Origin: Methanothrix sp.
Lineage (GTDB): Archaea; Halobacteriota; Methanosarcinia; Methanotrichales; Methanotrichaceae
Direction of reading: 5' to 3'
Assembly (NCBI GenBank): GCA_037128175.1
Contig: JBAXWY010000039.1
Coordinates: 1-26,366, forward strand
Length of the DNA stretch: 26,366 bases
Shown here: positions 18,068 through 26,366 of the stretch, piece by piece
Layout: each line of letters starts with the position of its first letter
Position numbering within the stretch: the stretch's first letter is position 1
Program-made: the position numbers and the translations under genes
The notes under the pieces: generated by a model
What the model was told of the DNA's origin: nothing
Databases searched by the model: none
The model's input: the letters and a program-made list of their open reading frames with translations, nothing else

Positions 18068-18430
18068 TTAATACCTGTTCTCCCATGGACCATTTCGATC
18101 CATCCAATCATAATCTTGCCAGCAGCCGTAGCATGCATTCTTAACTGTCCACAAACGTTCCTTTGTTCCTTGAACTTGCCAAAAGACCGAATTGGGGTTC
18201 GCGTACTTATTAGCCCAAAGACGCTCTTTTGTGGCTTGGACCGCAATTTTTGCAGGAACATAAGGGTAGCTCCAATATGCTGAAGGATAATAAGCGGGGT
18301 AATAGGAATCCAAGTATTCAATCTCCTGTCCCTGATCCTGTGGTAATGCATAGGAGAACTCTTGAGCCGTTCCAGTAGCGATCAAACCGAAATAGAAGGC
18401 TATGGTAATAAATGCGAGGTAGTTATTCAT
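18068..18430 (-). CDS. Secreted aromatic-rich protein with internal repeat (120 aa)
   Basis: Signal peptide, repeat VQATKERLWANKYA / VQGTKERLWTVKNA, CYGC. Confidence 0.65.
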   Translation of the reverse strand: MNNYLAFITIAFYFGLIATGTAQEFSYALPQDQGQEIEYLDSYYPAYYPSAYWSYPYVPAKIAVQATKERLWANKYANPNSVFWQVQGTKERLWTVKNACYGCWQDYDWMDRNGPWENRY

Positions 18431-18535
18431 TGATACCGCCAGTACAAGGTTCTACGGTTAAACTAAATAGTTTTCCATCTAAATATACACTAAACTAATA
18501 TAATTAAAAATTATAGGTCTGCTTGGACTTGATGC

Positions 18536-18943
18536 TCAAGCAGTTATCTTGGTCGTGGCGATGAACTTGATGAGGTCCGGTCCGATTTTTGCCTTCTTTT
18601 GGATCTGATTTGTAGCGCCGTCTAGGATCGTGCCACTATCCGCAAGAGATCGAATTTCTTCAATGGTAGCATCTTCAACGGTGAAGTACTCATCAATGTC
18701 CTTTCGGTGGCCCCAGACATCTCCTTCCAGCAGTTTGACACCCTGCATATCCAGGAACACATCAATTGCTTTGGACATGGTCTTCAGGTAGGATGGCGGT
18801 ACTTGGATCATCTGAAGCCGGGGTGCATTCTGAAGGAGGTTGAGGAAGTCCACGTTTGAGGCTCTAAATGCCAGATGGACTGCTTTTTCATTCGGTCTTA
18901 TCGAGTTGATCTCTTCGCGGGAACTGATTATTCGTATCTTCAT
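18536..18943 (-). CDS. DUF1699 family protein
   Basis: MKIRIISSREEI...VHLAFR.SN...PPSY...LLEGDVWGHRKDIDEY. RBS AGGTGA. Confidence 0.88.
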   Translation of the reverse strand: MKIRIISSREEINSIRPNEKAVHLAFRASNVDFLNLLQNAPRLQMIQVPPSYLKTMSKAIDVFLDMQGVKLLEGDVWGHRKDIDEYFTVEDATIEEIRSLADSGTILDGATNQIQKKAKIGPDLIKFIATTKITA

Positions 18944-19635
18944 GAGATTTCACCTATACTAAATTCGTTGTACCCTATAACGACATTTAACGTATATAAA
19001 ATTTTCGGTTTCTTGTGAATGACGAACCTAACCGAAATATATGATATCTCATCTTGTAATCTGCGTAATTATATCCTAAAAAGAGAATTATTAATAACAT
19101 ATACAATATATCGATAATGTTTTAATACCATTAGATATATTCATAAGGTAATAAACGGCTTGGACCTACCCTCTGTTTAGCAAGCTTATCTAGGTTGCCA
19201 ACGAAGAGAATCCCTTGCCCGATCTTCTTGCTCGATTGCATTTCGCCCTGCTCTGCCTATAAGTAGTTCCTTGTTCTTCTTTGGTCTTTCCTTTATGTTC
19301 CTCCCTCCCGAAGTCGATACCATTTATGTCTCAGGGGCAATTTTCTTGATTACAATTGCTTGAATAGATAATAATTACTTTTAAATTATATAACTATTTT
19401 GTCAGGATGTCAATGTTCTTTAGGATATTATATATAATTTTAGGACAGAAGAAGAAGACATATGGAACAGAAGACACCCAATACGATTCTGGATGGGCAT
19501 TTCATACCGATATGATGATCTTTAAAATAAAAAAATATTAAGCATTGTAATATCTAAAAATTTTAAAATTAAAAAAACTTAAATTTGAAGAAATCGTATT
19601 AAGAATTAGAACGCATAAAAGGAGTACTAAAAAAA

Positions 19636-19917
19636 ATGACAAACGAAACTGTAGAGAAGGCAAAGGCTAAATTTGGGCATAATGCTGATGCAGAGAAGAA
19701 GAATGTTGATGGAAATTCCGATACAAAGGACGCGAGGGATATGGTTCCTTTTCAGCAGGATTTATATGATGATGTTCAAGCGGATGCAAATGCCTATACA
19801 AAGGATGCTAGGAATCAGATCGAACCTATATTTGGCGTTAATGCAGGCATCGTCTGGAAAGCACTCAATCATGGGCTTGAAGTGGCATTCATCCTGCAAC
19901 GCGATTTACATAATTGA
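19636..19917 (+). pseudogene. DUF2582-like winged-HTH protein with charged N-terminus, 3'-truncated
   Basis: FGVNAGIVWKALN matches the first DUF2582 helix. The expected GWLARE motif is missing and the sequence diverges near 19875. Confidence 0.6.
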
Positions 19918-19959
19918 TTACTGCTGCAAAGGAGATGTTTACTCGTAAAATGTGCGGGC

Positions 19960-19975
19960 ATCCCTTTCCCCGCAT
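19960..19975 (+). repeat. att-like copy of the tRNA-Leu 3' end
   Basis: ATCCCTTTCCCCGCAT is identical to 15751-15766. Confidence 0.8.
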
Positions 19976-20141
19976 CTCAATATCGTTTTTTGGATAGCTA
20001 TCAGGTTTTGTCCGGTACATGATTTGCAGTCTGATTGTAGAGGAGTTCTTGCAGAAGCATATCTTTAATTATTTATAGTTCTTCACGGAGTAGTCTCATC
20101 AGAAAAAAAACGTCTGGCGTAAAATAATATAGGAGGGTGAA

Positions 20142-21713
20142 ATGAAACTCAATAAGAGATGGCTAATCGTCTATATCATAGCATTATTAACATTAACCTT
20201 TGTCCAGGGTGCTTATGGTGGCATTCAGGTCACTGCATCTGGTAGTGCTAGTGGTGAAAGTGGATTTGTATCAATGAATTATGATATTTTGAAATCCACA
20301 TCTTTGAGCAGCAAAATCGCAATTAATGGCGGAACTATAACACCATCCACGGCGATATCAGGACCATTATCATTGTTTGAAGAGACTCATTCGGTCACAG
20401 ATGCTTCAGGCAAAAGTGCCAGCGTTTACGTCAAGGTGGTCAACGCACCAGATGGTTTAACGTATAGCTCTGAAGTTCTTCCCGGTGAAGGTAATGTAGG
20501 TACCCTATCTCAGGTATCCGCAGAACAATGGTTGACCGTTCCTAAAGCAGACTCTATTAAGGTCACGGCAGCATCATCTTATGGAAGGATGTCTGCTAGT
20601 GTGGGGTTAGAAGAATATAAGGGAACCGCAAGTAAAGATTACGTAACACTAACAGGGTACAATGGGAAAGCAGTAACTACAGATACTTTGGTTGCTGCAA
20701 GTCAAACTGCTACCAGTGGAGCCGCAAATCTTATCAAAGTATACGGATCGTCTAAAGACCTCAGTGGGTCTTATAACATCGATACAGCAATCAACGGAAT
20801 TGCTGGTAGAGCTACCATTGAGAAAATGAGTGAAACTGCATCGGGTGGAATTGATTCACAGGTGCTGCAAGATGAACATGTGCATGGCACTTTCAAAAGC
20901 ATAGCTACATACAAATCAACAAAAGGAGTAAAAAAGACCAAAACCAGGACATCTGCATATGGTACAGAATATGATATTGATATGAATGCTCTGAAAGGAC
21001 AAATGCCATTGGGATATTTAGGATACTATATTAAACCTGGCATGAAGATACAGGGTGCGGTAAATGTTGCTTATGGCGGAGATACAATAAACGTTGCGGC
21101 TGGGACATATAGAGAAAACCTTAAGATATTCAATTCATTAACCCTAAAGGGTGCAGGAGCCGGCAAAACCATAATTGATGGTGGTGGTATAGGTACTGTA
21201 ATTACTACAGGTAGATCATGCGTAGATAATCGCAATAAAAACATGTACCTGGAGGGGTTAACTATCAGAAACGGATATGCTACTTCTGGTGGTGGCATTG
21301 CTAATGTTGGTTGTAATCTGGTTATAACTGATGTTTTGCTAACCGGCAACACAGCAACAGCGTATGGCGGGGCGATTTGCAGTACCGGCACCGTGACTAT
21401 GAATAGTGGCAGTATAACCGGGAATAAAGCAAATGTAGGTGGCGGGATTGCTAATTATTACGGCACTCTCAACATGAAAGGTGGTAGCATAACCGGAAAC
21501 ACTGCAACATCATATGGTGGTGGAATATACTCCTCCAATTCGCGAGTTACACTTGATGGTACACAAGTTATCGTGAAAGCTAACAAGGCAGGTAAACCAT
21601 TATCTGAATCGAGTTGGTACAAGGGGTGGGGGGTATACCTCAATTCGGGCATACCGACAACAACTGGTGGTTTTGATCCGGTAACACAAGTGACTGGCAA
21701 CTCGCACATATGA
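20142..21713 (+). CDS. Secreted/cell-surface protein with right-handed beta-helix (GGAI/GGGI repeats)
   Basis: Signal peptide, cap IQGAVNVA..GDTINVAAGTYREN, repeats ITGNxA..GGGI. AGGAGG RBS. Confidence 0.85.
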   Translation: MKLNKRWLIVYIIALLTLTFVQGAYGGIQVTASGSASGESGFVSMNYDILKSTSLSSKIAINGGTITPSTAISGPLSLFEETHSVTDASGKSASVYVKVVNAPDGLTYSSEVLPGEGNVGTLSQVSAEQWLTVPKADSIKVTAASSYGRMSASVGLEEYKGTASKDYVTLTGYNGKAVTTDTLVAASQTATSGAANLIKVYGSSKDLSGSYNIDTAINGIAGRATIEKMSETASGGIDSQVLQDEHVHGTFKSIATYKSTKGVKKTKTRTSAYGTEYDIDMNALKGQMPLGYLGYYIKPGMKIQGAVNVAYGGDTINVAAGTYRENLKIFNSLTLKGAGAGKTIIDGGGIGTVITTGRSCVDNRNKNMYLEGLTIRNGYATSGGGIANVGCNLVITDVLLTGNTATAYGGAICSTGTVTMNSGSITGNKANVGGGIANYYGTLNMKGGSITGNTATSYGGGIYSSNSRVTLDGTQVIVKANKAGKPLSESSWYKGWGVYLNSGIPTTTGGFDPVTQVTGNSHI

Positions 21714-21716
21714 GGG

Positions 21717-24692
<2,976 letters not shown>

Positions 24693-24842
24693 TTCGCTGA
24701 TCTCACGAGATTTTCTGGTCGATTGGAGCGTTAATTGGCGGAGGAAGGACTTAATCCTTTTCAGGCATTCTCAGTTAAAGGAATTCTGCTCGCGTCCAAA
24801 AAAATGTATAATAAAAATGGTTAAAAATATTTGTTTTGCCCT

Positions 24843-25625
24843 TCACTTCTCTATCGTCTTAAGCTCTGATTGCAGATCCTGGGTCAGATCGACATTGTAG
24901 AAGTCACCCTTTGTGGGAAGTTCCATGGCAAATCCGGCTGTGATGTCCACTTTGGCCTCGGCCTCATCAACCTTAAGATCGAGGATATGCCCGCCTGCCT
25001 TTCTGTCCGCAGTTATGAAATGAAGGTGGTATCCTGGGACGTTGAGGCCCTTGGAAAATTCTGGTGCCCAGATGCCCACTACAGTTCCTGTGACATTGGT
25101 AAACTCGAAGACCGATTGATTCTTGACAGCATCGGCCAGGCGCGGATAAGGCTTCTCCTGCTTGGGAACGCTCCTGGTCTTGATGTAGGGGAAAGTGCCG
25201 TCGATCCTCAACGCAAAGAAAGCATTTTTGGAAGGCAGCTTTTCATCAAGCTGTCGGGATAGCTCGGTGAAGTTGCTGGCATTCTTAATAGCTATGATTT
25301 GGTCCGCCTCAAAGTAGGTCACTGTAGAAAAGGGCGCGGTCATATTGCCCTGCACCGGATAGGCCACGCCGTCCGCCTTGACCTGATAGTAATCCCCGTC
25401 CAGGGCAATCATCTCACCGTCGAGCGAATCGAAGGTGCCTATGCCGAAATCGCCATGGGTCTTGAGATCATCGAATGTGTAAAAGCCGTCAAAAACGCCC
25501 TGCAGCAGGGCATCAATGGTGGATACCTGGAAGAGGATGTCGTCATCAGCGCACACTGCGCCGGGGAGTTGAGCTAAAGCCATTATGCAAAGCAGTGCTC
25601 CAATAATTGTATATTTTTCTTTCAT
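24843..25625 (-). CDS. budA: Alpha-acetolactate decarboxylase with N-terminal signal peptide
   Basis: [29 protein letters not shown], Zn ligands GYHLHF...GGH. Confidence 0.9.
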   Translation of the reverse strand: MKEKYTIIGALLCIMALAQLPGAVCADDDILFQVSTIDALLQGVFDGFYTFDDLKTHGDFGIGTFDSLDGEMIALDGDYYQVKADGVAYPVQGNMTAPFSTVTYFEADQIIAIKNASNFTELSRQLDEKLPSKNAFFALRIDGTFPYIKTRSVPKQEKPYPRLADAVKNQSVFEFTNVTGTVVGIWAPEFSKGLNVPGYHLHFITADRKAGGHILDLKVDEAEAKVDITAGFAMELPTKGDFYNVDLTQDLQSELKTIEK

Positions 25626-25733
25626 TTAATTCATTCCATAATAATTTTGGCAATGCGTTCTCTTTCTATCTATTACTACTATTTGGATACTCTTATGGCT
25701 AAAATTTGAGTCGTGATGATTATGGATGCCAGG

Positions 25734-25806
25734 CTTCACGCTCTTCGTGGCTTCGCGTGAGATTTAACCACGGTCCGGTTTCATGCGAAGGCGCGAAGCC
25801 GCGAAG
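25734..25806. repeat. REP-like hairpin built from three CTTCGCG-type units per arm
   Basis: Left arm CTTCACGCT-CTTCGTGG-CTTCGCGTGAGA, right arm TTTCATGCGAAG-GCGCGAAG-CCGCGAAG, 16-nt spacer. Confidence 0.8.
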
Positions 25807-25941
25807 TCAAACATTGGTTTATTTCGGTCACGATTCGTTTAAGATGCTAGCATATGAGGATTGTTCGGTGACGACAATGATTTATAGTTGTGCCGTTTGA
25901 TATATTTGGTTACAATGATAACGTTGCAGAAATGAAGAACA

Positions 25942-26127
25942 ATGGGAGATGGTAATTTGTTAAGCTCAGATATATTTGAGGGCGCGGCGGTGCCGATGAG
26001 GCCTTCCGGTGAGTATTTGGTGCCCACTGACGAAAGGTTAAGTGGCCTATCTCCTAGCGAACGCAAGCATTTCCTTGATAGCGTCGCATGCCATAAAGAT
26101 ATGCTGGAAGAACTCGCTAAAATGTGA
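25942..26127 (+). CDS. Small protein, possible Doc-associated antitoxin (61 aa)
   Basis: The C-terminus HKDMLEELAKM resembles antitoxin tails found next to doc genes, and it abuts the doc remnant. Confidence 0.4.
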   Translation: MGDGNLLSSDIFEGAAVPMRPSGEYLVPTDERLSGLSPSERKHFLDSVACHKDMLEELAKM

Positions 26128-26325
26128 TTACTCCAGCCTCACAACAGTCTTTTTTAACCATTTCGCTATTGTGTCTATCTCTTCTCCCTCGGGGCATGTG
26201 TATTGAGCTATTCTCACCATAACACGCATTATCTCTGATGTGGCCGAATCGCGAATGCCCAGATTTCCGCCTGTCTCCTCGATGAGGAAATCATGGATTT
26301 GTAGGCGCTTTGCTATTTCCAGTTG
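26128..26325 (-). pseudogene. Doc/Fic toxin remnant lacking the catalytic core
   Basis: Manual translation LQIHDFLIEETGGNLGIRDSAT (Doc N-terminus) joined to IMRVMVRIAQ...IDTIAKWLKK (Doc C-terminus). No HPFxDGNKR motif and no ATG start. Confidence 0.65.
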
Positions 26326-26366
26326 CTAACCTCAGGTTACTATGTTTTTCCAGTTGTTAGTTAGTC

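Larger units (their letters stand above)
15751..19975. mobile_element. Putative degraded tRNA-Leu-integrated island, no integrase
   Basis: Bounded by the exact 16-bp direct repeat ATCCCTTTCCCCGCAT. AT-rich, with small RHH/HTH genes and a truncated last gene. Confidence 0.6.

Noticed and set aside
19186-19323. 45-aa minus-strand ORF MVSTSGGRNIKERPKKNK...
   Set aside because: No clear RBS or motif, so it cannot be distinguished from a chance ORF.
19876-19959. Split-integrase fragment next to the att-like repeat
   Set aside because: No recognisable tyrosine-recombinase motif in the frames read.
25944-26006. Fluoride-riboswitch-like GGAGATGG...GCCGATGAGGCC
   Set aside because: There is no P1 complement or pseudoknot pairing, and it lies inside an ORF.
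26316-26358. TTTCCAGTTG repeated at 31-nt spacing as a CRISPR start
   Set aside because: Only two short copies, a period too short for repeat plus spacer, and no cas genes. The window edge limits the view.

Overview
Chromosomal window from a methanogenic archaeon, most consistent with a Methanothrix-like organism (Mmp10, FmdE, DUF1699, TATA-type promoters, tRNA without encoded CCA, many TAG stops). GC-rich housekeeping genes (2-ketoacid decarboxylase, flavoprotein disulfide reductase, rubredoxin-FprA-TauE, M24 peptidase, mmp10, fmdE, CMD protein, uvrA, acetolactate decarboxylase) alternate with AT-rich accessory DNA and decayed genes. Signals missed by the ORF track: a 38-aa classical C2H2 zinc-finger microprotein divergent from rubredoxin-fprA; a 51-aa CxxC/HxxC microprotein whose promoter and first 8 codons are duplicated around an AT-rich TylF gene; tRNA-Leu(CAA) with a 16-bp copy of its 3' end 4.2 kb downstream, bounding an integrase-less island of small genes; 8-nt-periodic REP-like hairpins; and about six pseudogenes damaged by truncation or internal deletion. 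No complete novel multi-gene system is demonstrable. Family assignments come from motif recognition only, with no database search.
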